NCBI GenBank assembly: GCA_035285325.1
Contig: JAYKJB010000120.1
Span: forward strand, 16,429 to 80,428
Reading direction: 5' to 3'
Source of the DNA: Candidatus Sericytochromatia bacterium
GTDB taxonomy: Bacteria; Cyanobacteriota; Sericytochromatia; S15B-MN24; JAQBPE01
Length of the DNA stretch: 64,000 nucleotides
A program made the position numbers and the translations under genes. Within the stretch, counting starts at the first letter, position 1; each line of letters starts with the position of its first letter. The notes under the pieces are model-generated. The model made no database searches. It worked only from the letters and a program-made list of their open reading frames with translations, and was not told the origin of the DNA. Shown one piece after another: positions 9,285 through 18,219 of this stretch.

Positions 9285-10907
9285 TTGACAGCTCCCACAG
9301 GGCCCCGTTCGTGCCCTTCCCCCTTCATCTCCGCGCGCAAACAGACTCGGACGTCAGCGGTTCGGGGCGCTCTCGGTCTGGCCTGCTGGTTGTCCCTGGC
9401 TGCTCCCGGTCTCGCGGCAAGTGTCTCGGAGATGTCAGACCTGCCCGGTGACCACTGGGCCTACAAGGCCATCCAGCAGCTCGCAGAACGCTATGGCGTC
9501 ATGGAGGGATTTCCCGACAATACCTTCCGAGGCGCCAAGACCGTCAGCCGGTACGAACTGGCGGCGGCCCTGACCAAGGTGATGCAACGGATGGACGCGC
9601 TGTCCGTGCAACCGGCTCCCCCCTTGCCAACCGCCCAGACGAATGCAGCTGGCGCACCGGCGTTAGACCACACCTCAACGGATCGCGCCACGCTGGAGCG
9701 TTTGCGCACAGAGTTCAGGAAAGAACTTCAGGACGTGGAGGAGCGCCTCAAGCGAAGCGATGAAACCCTGAAGGGCCTTCAGGACAAGCTCAACAAAATG
9801 GTCACGGTGAAGGGGCGAGTGGATACCCTGTTCGGTGACGAAACACTGGATGTGGGCAAAGACCGAACAGCCCCCTACGTGGGCAGCAATCTGTCGTTGA
9901 CCTTCAAGGGCAGCGTTTCCGAGCAAACCACCTACGACGCCACGATCGGAGGCGCCCTGAAAGCGGCCGGTTCTGGCGATGTGCCGGCGGTCATGGCGGG
10001 CGCCTTGGGCCGCACCCCCACCGCCGATACGGTGTCTCTGCGCGGAGCACGGGTGACCAGCAAGGTGGGGGCCGCCACCGTCAATCTGGGGCGTTTCCCG
10101 CTCTGGCTGGTGGGGTTCGGCCCCAGTTCAGACCAACCATTCAAAGCGGGCGACTTTCTGGTAGGCGTCGGGGCCCTGTCTCCGGACTCCGCCGCCTTGC
10201 GGGTCGGCAGCGACGTGGGCCTGGCTGTGGAAGCCCCGGTCGGCCCCGTTACCGTGCTGGGGGGCCTGAACTCGAACATTCTGATCACGCAGGTGAACGC
10301 CAGTTGGGGCCTGTTCTCGCTCAAGGCCGGATTCGAAACCGACCACAAGGCGATCACGCAACAACTGCTGAATACCACCCAACGCGTCAAGACTACCTAC
10401 AACACGGCGGCTGTGGTGGACATTGGTGGAGAAGGGCCGATCGGTGGAACGGTGCAACTCAATGTGACCAATGACGCGCTCACGCAATTCGGGGGAGGCA
10501 TCCGGGGGACGTTTGCCGACATCGCGCTCAATGGTGTTGTGCTCTCCGCATCCGATCCGGGTCGCAGTGTGGACGTCCTCAGTTACGGCGCGCTGGCCGC
10601 CTTTCCCAGCTACAAATGGTTCGGGGAGCGTCTGACCCTGCCCAGCTTCAATCTGGCGCTGGTAGACAATTTCACTTACAACGCCCCTGCGCGTCGTGAT
10701 GCCAAGGCCACCACCGGTCCAGGGGGGCAGGCGCTCGGTAAGAACGCTGGTCTCAGTCTCCAGGTCGCGCTCGAAAATCCACTCATTCCAGGCCTCATCC
10801 TGGAATACAACGCGCAAGCAAAACTGATCGAGGACATCTTTCTTCCGAATCCCCAGGACCCCATCACCTCGGAGTCGGTCTTGCTCAAATCGACCCTGCG
10901 GTTCTGA
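9285..10907 (+). CDS. SLH-domain outer-membrane porin-like protein (SomA/OmpM/iron-uptake porin type)
   Basis: Signal-like segment, then SDLPGDHWAYKAIQQLAERYGVMEGFPDNTFRG...SRYELAAAL (SLH), a coiled coil, a beta-rich C-terminus and terminal Phe. TTG 9285 follows an AGGAGG RBS. Confidence 0.8.
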   Translation: MTAPTGPRSCPSPFISARKQTRTSAVRGALGLACWLSLAAPGLAASVSEMSDLPGDHWAYKAIQQLAERYGVMEGFPDNTFRGAKTVSRYELAAALTKVMQRMDALSVQPAPPLPTAQTNAAGAPALDHTSTDRATLERLRTEFRKELQDVEERLKRSDETLKGLQDKLNKMVTVKGRVDTLFGDETLDVGKDRTAPYVGSNLSLTFKGSVSEQTTYDATIGGALKAAGSGDVPAVMAGALGRTPTADTVSLRGARVTSKVGAATVNLGRFPLWLVGFGPSSDQPFKAGDFLVGVGALSPDSAALRVGSDVGLAVEAPVGPVTVLGGLNSNILITQVNASWGLFSLKAGFETDHKAITQQLLNTTQRVKTTYNTAAVVDIGGEGPIGGTVQLNVTNDALTQFGGGIRGTFADIALNGVVLSASDPGRSVDVLSYGALAAFPSYKWFGERLTLPSFNLALVDNFTYNAPARRDAKATTGPGGQALGKNAGLSLQVALENPLIPGLILEYNAQAKLIEDIFLPNPQDPITSESVLLKSTLRF

Positions 10908-10928
10908 ATCACGGCGGGGGACAGCGGC

Positions 10929-11570
10929 ATGACGCGCTGGAGGCAAGGCCCACGGGGTCTCTGGACTTTCATCCCCTTGGCCTGCGTCGCGGCCACAGTC
11001 CACGGATGCTGGGGAGGCGTGGGACCTGGGATCGTGACAGGAACGGTGACTTGGAACGGGCAACCGGCGGCCGGCAAACGGGTGTTTTTGTTGGGTGGGG
11101 AGAGCCGGGTCGTGGCGACCGACGGCAACGGCCGTTACACCTTCTCCAACATCTCGGCACGCCGAGGACAGGTGCTCTATCGCGGCGAGGGCGATAGCAG
11201 CCGCATCCCCCCCAACGAAATCTCAGAGTGGCGAAGCCTCCCTTTTGAACTGGGCGAGGGGGCGGGTAAGGACGTCCCTGCGATTGAAGTGGCCTATAAT
11301 GGACTGCTGTACCCGGACGAGGGAATGGCCTTGCTGGTGAGCGGGGAAGCGGTGGTGCCATTCCATTGGTCCACCCATCCGAGGGCTCAGCGTTATCGGG
11401 TCAAGCTCGAGTCCGAAGCCGGCGGGTTCCGCTGGTACAGCCCATGGAGCACGGACCCCACGGCCATTTTCGGGCAAACCGTGAACACGGGGAGATACCG
11501 CTGGACGGTGGAAATTGACGGGGGAGAAACGGGCCTCGGCGCCAGTCGCTCCCGACAGGTAGATTTCTAA
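10929..11570 (+). CDS. Putative lipoprotein with carboxypeptidase-regulatory-like / Ig-like beta domains
   Basis: Lipobox-like VHGC, then GTVTWNGQPAAG...TDGNGRYTF. Confidence 0.65.
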   Translation: MTRWRQGPRGLWTFIPLACVAATVHGCWGGVGPGIVTGTVTWNGQPAAGKRVFLLGGESRVVATDGNGRYTFSNISARRGQVLYRGEGDSSRIPPNEISEWRSLPFELGEGAGKDVPAIEVAYNGLLYPDEGMALLVSGEAVVPFHWSTHPRAQRYRVKLESEAGGFRWYSPWSTDPTAIFGQTVNTGRYRWTVEIDGGETGLGASRSRQVDF

Positions 11571-12587
11571 ATGGAACCTTACATCGGGCAAGCCCTCGAC
11601 CAAGACGCGCCGATCGCCCCGGAGGCGGAGCGGACGGCGGAGCTACGAATCAAACGCCTCATGCCCAGCAGGCTGCACGAGGCCCTTCAGGACCTGCGTT
11701 TTCGAAGCCTTTACGAACCCTTTGCCGGCCAATGCCAGATCTCGCGCTACTTCAAGCGACAAGGCAAGCGGGTCTTCGCCGGGGATCTGCTGGAGGGCCA
11801 TTACTGCATGGCCAAGGCCTTGATCGCCAACAACGACAAGCTGGTCTCGCCCGAACGGCTAAACACCTGGCAAGAGGTCATTCGCGACCCACGGATCGCG
11901 ACGCGTTTCAGCCCCTGGGCCCACCAGCATTTCACACCGGAGGAAACGATCTGGCTGGGTATCTGGAATGCGCACCTCGCCGCCAGTGACGTGGACGTGA
12001 CCGAACGTGCCCTGGGAGCTACCGCTGTGGCCTACACCATGCGTTACTGGCTCTCTCTGCGAAACAGCGAAATCAAGGGCAGCCCCCTCACGCCCTCACA
12101 GGCCTTCTCCCATTACGTACAAACGCTCAATGCGTGGGTATTCAACAATGGAGTCCAGAATCGCGCCCTGTGGGGAGACGCCTATCAGCAGGCCTCCCGT
12201 GTTGAAGCGGACCTCCTTTTCTGCTATCCTCCCACCCACCTTGGTTTCCACCAATATCCTCTGGCCCTCACCTTGTTTGAGGGATGGCTCAAGGGGGATC
12301 CCCACCTGACCCTACCCGGCCAAGTCGAAATGATCCCGGGCCCCCCAACCCTCGGGATGAGTCTCACCTCCGCATCGCTATACGCGGAAGCCCTGCGGCG
12401 TTTCCTTTCCCGTTGCACGCACATTCCGCTGTGGGTCGTGGCTTATCATGAAGGTTATCTTCTCGACGAGACGGCATGGACGGAGCTGGTGGGAGAATTC
12501 CGCACGATTGTCCGGCATGTCACGCTCAGTCCCCCGGACTCCCTTCATCCTCGGCGACACGCGGAAAAACTGTTAGTCGCCCGCTGA
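11571..12587 (+). CDS. D12-class DNA adenine methyltransferase-like protein, probably catalytically degenerate
   Basis: N-terminal YIG, SAM-binding motif I EPFAG...GD and the VFNNG..N motif are present. Motif IV reads FCYPPT instead of LDPPY. Confidence 0.7.
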   Translation: MEPYIGQALDQDAPIAPEAERTAELRIKRLMPSRLHEALQDLRFRSLYEPFAGQCQISRYFKRQGKRVFAGDLLEGHYCMAKALIANNDKLVSPERLNTWQEVIRDPRIATRFSPWAHQHFTPEETIWLGIWNAHLAASDVDVTERALGATAVAYTMRYWLSLRNSEIKGSPLTPSQAFSHYVQTLNAWVFNNGVQNRALWGDAYQQASRVEADLLFCYPPTHLGFHQYPLALTLFEGWLKGDPHLTLPGQVEMIPGPPTLGMSLTSASLYAEALRRFLSRCTHIPLWVVAYHEGYLLDETAWTELVGEFRTIVRHVTLSPPDSLHPRRHAEKLLVAR

Positions 12588-12617
12588 CCACCTGGCCACC
12601 AGTACAAGGAACCCGTC

Positions 12618-13526
12618 ATGCTCAAAGAGGGCAGCCTTCAGGACTTCAGCCTACCTGACTTGTTGCAGATTCTCGTGCTCGGCAAAGCATCCGGCACGCT
12701 CTCGATGCGACGGGATGGACGAACGGGCAGCCTGACCTTTGTGGACGGGCAACTCGTGCAGGCACGCACGGGCGAACGTTTCGGGGAAGACGTGGCCGCG
12801 GACCTGTTCCTGTGGACGTCGGGCGTCTTCGATTTCGCTGAAGGAATGCCGCCCACCGCCCCCGCAGACGTCTTACCACTGGATAGCATCACCCAGGAGG
12901 GCATCCGGCGACTGGATCGTTGGCGACAGGTGCGCGAGAGCTTACCCTCATTCTTCTCGTCGCGAGCCTGGCTGCATCCCACGCAGATGTACCAGGCCGA
13001 ACCATCACCGCTGTTGCAAACCCTCGGCAGCGGTAAAACCTACGGTGACCTGGTCAAGGACTGGGCGGCAAGTGAACTGGAGTTGCTTGAAGAACTTGCC
13101 CGCCTTTACCACGAGGATCAGTTGGGCATTTCGTGTGCCCCCGAGGAACAACTGCGCCAGCTGTTCGACAATGTGGCCACTGAGTTGTTCAGCCAGTTTG
13201 CCTCGATCAGTGGCGTCAAGATGGTGGAAGGACTGGAAGCGCGGCTCAACGAAGATGCCCGTCTGGCAGCGCTCGGCCTGCGCTGGCGCGCTGGTAAGCC
13301 CCAGGACAGCCTCCCCGGCAATTGGCCGAAGGCCCAGTTGATGGGGGCTTATCGCTCCCAGTTTCACGTGATGTCGGATTTCATTTCGAGGGTGTATGGA
13401 GCGGCCTTCGTGGAGCGTGTCATCCAGCCCGTCCTCGAGGAAGCGACGGCCCCCCAGCGGGCCCTCTGGCTGGAATTGACGGCAACCGCCCCGTCGTCCT
13501 CTTCGAGCGGGCACTCGGGAGGCTGA
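12618..13526 (+). CDS. DUF4388 (PATAN-like) domain protein
   Basis: LKEGSLQDFSLPDLLQIL...SGTL...G.LTFVDGQLVQA...F.W.SG.FDF signature. Confidence 0.85.
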   Translation: MLKEGSLQDFSLPDLLQILVLGKASGTLSMRRDGRTGSLTFVDGQLVQARTGERFGEDVAADLFLWTSGVFDFAEGMPPTAPADVLPLDSITQEGIRRLDRWRQVRESLPSFFSSRAWLHPTQMYQAEPSPLLQTLGSGKTYGDLVKDWAASELELLEELARLYHEDQLGISCAPEEQLRQLFDNVATELFSQFASISGVKMVEGLEARLNEDARLAALGLRWRAGKPQDSLPGNWPKAQLMGAYRSQFHVMSDFISRVYGAAFVERVIQPVLEEATAPQRALWLELTATAPSSSSSGHSGG

Positions 13527-13528
13527 GA

Positions 13529-13993
13529 ATGGCGAAACCGAATGGCAATCTGGTCCTCACGGAGGCAGGGGTTCACGCCCTGAACAGTCTGACGTCCCAG
13601 TTGCAACTTGACACGCAGGCGCGGGCGGTTTTGCTGATCGAAAAGAGCGGGCAGATCATCACGGCCCAAGGCCAAACCAGCACCCTCGACACGCTCTCTC
13701 TGGCCGCCCTGATCAGTGGTTCGTTTGCCTCGACCAAAGCCCTGGCACGGCTCCTCGGAGAGAAGAACTTCAAGACCCTGTTTCAGCAGGGCAAAACCGA
13801 AAGCATCTTCGTGGTACAACTCGAAACCACGGATACCTTGGCCGTGGTGTTCGGTGCCAACGTGACGATCGGCCTGGTGAAGTTCAAGACGATGCAGGCC
13901 CTGGAGCGAATCAATTCCCAAATGCAGGCGCTTTACACCGACAAGAAGCCCACGCTGTCGAATCTTTCCCAGTCCATCGACAATCTGTTCTAG
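13529..13993 (+). CDS. mglB: Roadblock/LC7 GTPase regulator MglB
   Basis: LIEKSGQII...LDTLSLAAL...LARLLGE..F...F.QG and C-terminal IDNLF, as in myxobacterial MglB; directly upstream of mglA. Confidence 0.9.
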   Translation: MAKPNGNLVLTEAGVHALNSLTSQLQLDTQARAVLLIEKSGQIITAQGQTSTLDTLSLAALISGSFASTKALARLLGEKNFKTLFQQGKTESIFVVQLETTDTLAVVFGANVTIGLVKFKTMQALERINSQMQALYTDKKPTLSNLSQSIDNLF

Positions 13994-14022
13994 CAGACGC
14001 CCTGACATCGGAGGAACCCGAC

Positions 14023-14601
14023 GTGGCACTGATCAACTACGCCACCCGCGAAGTCAATTGCAAAATTGTCTATTACGGGACGGGGCTCGGTGGCAAGACC
14101 ACCAACCTGGAGTTCATCCACAAGCAGGTGCCTCCTCATGTGAGGGGGGAAATGGTCAATCTGGCGACGCCAACGGAACGCACCCTGTATTTCGACTTTC
14201 TCTCCCTCGACCTCGGCAGCGTGCAGGGGTTCAAGACCAGATTTGCGCTGTATACCGTGCCCGGGCAAGTGGAATACAATGCGAGCCGAAAGCTGATTCT
14301 CAACGGGGTCGATGGCATCGTTTTTGTGGCCGATTCCCAGATCAGCCGCTGGAACGAGAACATCGAATCGATGCGCAACATGGCAGAAAACCTGGCAGAA
14401 TACGGACTGAAGACCGATGAAGTGCCCTGGGTGCTGCAGTTGAACAAGCGCGATCTGCCACAGGTGAGCCCGATCGATGAGCTCAATCGGGCCCTGAATC
14501 CCAAGGGAGTTCCTCATTTTGCGGCCGCAGCGCATCAAGGTTTGGGGGTGTTTGACACCCTCAAGGCCGTGAGTCGTTCCGTCCTGACCCGACTGTCATA
14601 G
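14023..14601 (+). CDS. mglA: Small Ras-like GTPase MglA
   Basis: [56 protein letters not shown]. Confidence 0.97.
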   Translation: MALINYATREVNCKIVYYGTGLGGKTTNLEFIHKQVPPHVRGEMVNLATPTERTLYFDFLSLDLGSVQGFKTRFALYTVPGQVEYNASRKLILNGVDGIVFVADSQISRWNENIESMRNMAENLAEYGLKTDEVPWVLQLNKRDLPQVSPIDELNRALNPKGVPHFAAAAHQGLGVFDTLKAVSRSVLTRLS

Positions 14602-14759
14602 GGCGCGCTTGCCACCAGCGTTAAGACTGGACTAAGTTCCAGTTCCGTGGTACGTTGGAAGGCCGCTCAAGTACGGTCTGCCCGACTCCACGCTGCAAGT
14701 CGAGCCCGTTGTGTTTATCGCCGTCTGGCGGTCCCGAACCACCAAGGAGTTCCTGTCCC

Positions 14760-15137
14760 ATGTCCAAGTTCAACGCCGGCGAAATCCTCAAGTCGATCGA
14801 ACAGCCTCACCTGAAGGCAAGTGTGCCTGATATGGCACCGGGCGACACCGTCAAGGTGTTTGCCAAGATTCGGGAAGGCGGCAAAGAGCGCATCCAGGCC
14901 TACGAAGGAACCGTCATCAAGCTCCAGGGCGCCGGAGTGAACCGCGCCGTGGTCGTGCGCCGCATCTTCCAAGGTGTCGGCGTGGAACGGACCTTCCCTG
15001 TCCACTCTCCCCGCGTCGATCGCATTGAGGTCCTTCGCAAGGGCGACGTGCGTCGCGCCCGCCTGTACTACCTCCGGGGCCTGCAAGGTAAGGCCACCCG
15101 GATCAAGGAAAAATCGTCCAGCCGGCCGGCCAAGTAG
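14760..15137 (+). CDS. rplS: 50S ribosomal protein L19
   Basis: PGDTVKV...[11 protein letters not shown]...[14 protein letters not shown]...[12 protein letters not shown]; AAGGAG RBS. Confidence 0.98.
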   Translation: MSKFNAGEILKSIEQPHLKASVPDMAPGDTVKVFAKIREGGKERIQAYEGTVIKLQGAGVNRAVVVRRIFQGVGVERTFPVHSPRVDRIEVLRKGDVRRARLYYLRGLQGKATRIKEKSSSRPAK

Positions 15138-15150
15138 CCTTCCCCCGTTG

Positions 15151-15186
15151 AGGCCCCGAGCGAAAACTCGCTCGGGGCCTTGTTTT
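15151..15186 (+). terminator. Intrinsic terminator after rplS
   Basis: Perfect 13-bp stem AGGCCCCGAGCGA / TCGCTCGGGGCCT, 4-nt loop, followed by TGTTTT. Confidence 0.85.
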
Positions 15187-15242
15187 ATCGTCGCGAACAC
15201 GGGGAAAAATACGGTCGCAACTTGTTGGAAGGACTGAACGGG

Positions 15243-16088
15243 ATGGCCCTCTGCGCGTATCACGAAGACACCGAGAGCGAAGCCGTTTGCGTCTCCTGCA
15301 AGTCTCCCATCTGCGCCAAGTGCAGAGATTACGGGGCGGATGGCATGTGTGGCATGTGCCTGGAAATGTCGAACGCGCGTCGTTTCAAGCCGGACGTGGC
15401 GGCACCCAGTGCAGACCCGGACGCCCAACCCAAACCACGCCAACCCACCGTCCTGAAGAGCGCCGCCGCAACAGCGCGCAGTTCGCAAAAAGGACCCAAA
15501 GAAGGCGCTCCCCCAGGCCCACGCTTACCGGTCACCAGAAAGGCAGCGCCCAAGAATGCCGCTGGTAAGCGCGCAGCTGCCCCCACTGGCACGGCCCCGC
15601 GCGGGAACGCCAAAGGACCAGCCTGGCTCCATCAGACGCGGTATCGCCTCTACCTGATCGTGACCGTGGCTCTCCTGGGCTCCCTGGGGGGATTCTCCTG
15701 GTGGTCAGGCCAGTTGGGGGCCGATGATGAACTGCAGCTGCAGATGCGGCAACACATGGGCATGGTGAAAGCCGCCGTGCTGACGTTACAAGAGCGCACG
15801 GGCAATCTGCCTACCGACGTTTCTGCCATCGAGACCCAACTCCGCTTGCGGGGCGTCGACCCGGAAGGCTTGGTGCCGCCGCTGCGAATGGAGTTGAACC
15901 CGCGCACCCCGGCAGCCTGCACGGTCTTGCTACGCCAGACACCCGAGGGCCTTGAGATTCGAGCCACTGATGGCGCCGGGGCCGAGGTCACCTTGGATGA
16001 CAAACCTCACGTGCTGGTCGCCCTCAAGCGCGAGGTATCAGCCGTTCCCGCCGCCACGGAGACTTTGCCATCTCCGGGGACGCCCTGA
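15243..16088 (+). CDS. B-box zinc-finger membrane protein
   Basis: CAYH...AVCVSCKSPICAKC...CGMC, a Pro/Ala/Lys-rich linker, one TM helix and an extracytoplasmic domain. Start set at MALCAY. Confidence 0.75.
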   Translation: MALCAYHEDTESEAVCVSCKSPICAKCRDYGADGMCGMCLEMSNARRFKPDVAAPSADPDAQPKPRQPTVLKSAAATARSSQKGPKEGAPPGPRLPVTRKAAPKNAAGKRAAAPTGTAPRGNAKGPAWLHQTRYRLYLIVTVALLGSLGGFSWWSGQLGADDELQLQMRQHMGMVKAAVLTLQERTGNLPTDVSAIETQLRLRGVDPEGLVPPLRMELNPRTPAACTVLLRQTPEGLEIRATDGAGAEVTLDDKPHVLVALKREVSAVPAATETLPSPGTP

Positions 16089-16242
16089 GAAGCACGCCGC
16101 CCTCGACGCGCCGGCATCAGTCGGGGAGCGAGCCCCCTCCCCCGTGTTCTGCCCCCCTGAGGCACGGCCGGCCGCTCCCGCAACGAGAGAACACCAGCCT
16201 CCGTCAGCAGGCCTTCGGGACCACACCCCCGTGGTCCCGTGT

Positions 16243-16731
16243 TCACTGGGTAAAGGCAAAATTGAACTGATTCCAGGCCGGCGCGTTGAAACTCCACCCG
16301 CGCAGATCCTGCTTTCGAAGTTCCCATTGACCGCCCAATTTCTCGTTCAGGTCACGAATGCCGTTGCGGTTGATATCGTCCCAGGCGAATACGTTGATCA
16401 GCCCATAGCGTGTTCGCACGGAGAAGGTCTTTTTAAAGCGATTTTCGGAATCGACCAGGACAATCTCACTCGGGACATAAATACCAGTCGCCAGGAGTCC
16501 AGCCCCTTGGGGTCCCAGGATGCGAAAACTGCCCCGGTCGGTGCTGTTGCCTTCCCCCTGCACGAAGCCCACGCGAGGATAACTGGCATAGCCCCGCGTG
16601 ACGGCGCCCTCGATCATGTAGGTCTCGGCATCCGGGCGCCAGAGCGTTTCAAAATTGGGGTTCATAGGGGCACAGGCCGCCGCAGAGAGGGCAAGCAGGG
16701 GGGCTGGAAGGAGGCGGAGGCAGGCGAACAT
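16243..16731 (-). CDS. Hypothetical lipoprotein with a DxNxNGxxD Ca-binding-like motif
   Basis: Lipobox LSAAAC; WDDINRNGIRDLNE motif. Confidence 0.7.
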   Translation of the reverse strand: MFACLRLLPAPLLALSAAACAPMNPNFETLWRPDAETYMIEGAVTRGYASYPRVGFVQGEGNSTDRGSFRILGPQGAGLLATGIYVPSEIVLVDSENRFKKTFSVRTRYGLINVFAWDDINRNGIRDLNEKLGGQWELRKQDLRGWSFNAPAWNQFNFAFTQ

Positions 16732-16839
16732 GACAGGCGGAAACGGGTATGTTGAGGGGGTGGGTCGACACGAGGCGGCCAGGCCACCCGGTCGGTATAT
16801 ACCCGCTGGCTCCCCCCCATCGCACCCGGAGGTTCCGCG

Positions 16840-17121
16840 TTGACGACGAAGCCGCTGGAAAAAGTTGAATCCAAGCAACGTCTGTTTGACCCCTACAAGG
16901 TTCTGCTTCACAACGACGACCACAATGAAATGATGCATGTGGTCCAATCCATTGTGAAGTCTGTGCCGCAGATCGCCCAGCGCGAAGCGGTCTCGATCAT
17001 GGAAGAGGCCCATCTCACCGGCGTGGCCGTGGTGATTGCTGCGCCCTTGGAATACGCCGAAATGTACTGCGACCGTCTGCGCAGCTTCGGGCTGGTGGCC
17101 TCGATCGAGCAGGACGTTTAG
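16840..17121 (+). CDS. clpS: ATP-dependent Clp protease adaptor ClpS
   Basis: YKVLLHNDDHN.M.HVV...MEEAHLTGVAVV...AEMY; TTG start after GGAGG. Confidence 0.95.
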   Translation: MTTKPLEKVESKQRLFDPYKVLLHNDDHNEMMHVVQSIVKSVPQIAQREAVSIMEEAHLTGVAVVIAAPLEYAEMYCDRLRSFGLVASIEQDV

Positions 17122-17152
17122 CGACGCACCGTTCGCCCGGAAGGAAAGAATT

Positions 17153-17189
17153 GAGCCCCGCCCCCCTCGTTCAGCGAGACGCGGGGCTC
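17153..17189. terminator. Hairpin between convergent clpS and ilvE
   Basis: GAGCCCCGC...GCGGGGCTC stem with inner CTCG/CGAG; no clear U-tract. Confidence 0.45.
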
Positions 17190-18144
17190 AGTGCGCGGAG
17201 CCCACAGGCGGCAATGCCCCCATGTAGACCGGCGTCACCCAGTCCGTGAAACTCGGATGATTGCCTCGAACGGCCCGGTTGTAGATCTCCATGATCTGGC
17301 GCGTGACAGGTCCCACTTGCTCTGTCCCGCCAACAGGCCGATGGTCAATCGAGGTCACCGGCGAGATCTGGGCACCCGTCCCGCAAAGAAACATCTCGTC
17401 CGCGATATAGAGTTCGGTGCGGTCCACGGAGCGCTCATCCGTCGCGATACCCAGCTCCTCGCGGGCAATCCGCATCACAGCCCGGCGCGTGACCCCCTCC
17501 AAAATGTTGTGCTGAACGCCCGGCGTCACCAGTTCACCGTGCCGCACGAGGAACAGGTTCATCGCGCTGCCCTCCGACACGTGACCATCCGCATTCAGAA
17601 AGATCGCGTCATCAAAGCCGTTGTGGTAAGCCTCGGTCTTCGCCAGGGCAGAGTTGATGTAGGCGCCCGTGATCTTGGCCCTGGCCGGTACTGCGTTGTC
17701 ATCCAAGCGGCGCCAGCTGGAAACCCCGACCTTGATGCCGGTGGTGTCGATGTAATCGCCCATGGGGGTCGCAAACATCGTGAAGTCCGTATTCAGCTTG
17801 TGCAGACGGACCCCGATAATCTCATCCCCCATGTAGAGCAGGGGACGAATGTAAACATCTTCCCGAAATCCATTGCGCCGGATCAGTTCGAGCGTGATCT
17901 CACACAGCTCATCAACCGAGTACGGAAGGTTCATGTACAGGATGCGCGCAGACTGGTGGAGACGCTCGAAGTGCGGCCGCATCTTCAGAACGAACAGCTC
18001 GTTCTTGTCGGCATTCCAGTAGCCGCGAATTCCTTCGAAGCAGCCAGTGCCGTAGTTCAGACCGTGGGTCATCACCCCCACCTTGGCTTCCTCGAAGGGC
18101 ACAAACTGGCCTCGAAAAAAGACAAAGGATGGTTTGGTCGCCAT
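17188..18144 (-). CDS. ilvE: Branched-chain amino acid aminotransferase
   Basis: LNYGTGCFEGIRGY, AKITGAYINS, EGSAMNLF, LEGVTR, GTGAQI (PLP fold IV). Confidence 0.95.
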   Translation of the reverse strand: MATKPSFVFFRGQFVPFEEAKVGVMTHGLNYGTGCFEGIRGYWNADKNELFVLKMRPHFERLHQSARILYMNLPYSVDELCEITLELIRRNGFREDVYIRPLLYMGDEIIGVRLHKLNTDFTMFATPMGDYIDTTGIKVGVSSWRRLDDNAVPARAKITGAYINSALAKTEAYHNGFDDAIFLNADGHVSEGSAMNLFLVRHGELVTPGVQHNILEGVTRRAVMRIAREELGIATDERSVDRTELYIADEMFLCGTGAQISPVTSIDHRPVGGTEQVGPVTRQIMEIYNRAVRGNHPSFTDWVTPVYMGALPPVGSAH

Positions 18145-18219
18145 GGGGGCTCCTTTCAGGTCCGGCCATCTCACGCGCGCGACGCTGCGCACTCACCGGC
18201 CGTAGGCTTGAATTCCCGA

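Noticed and set aside
11571-12587. Restriction-modification or defence system
   Set aside because: No nuclease, specificity subunit or other defence gene is adjacent, and the catalytic motif is degenerate.
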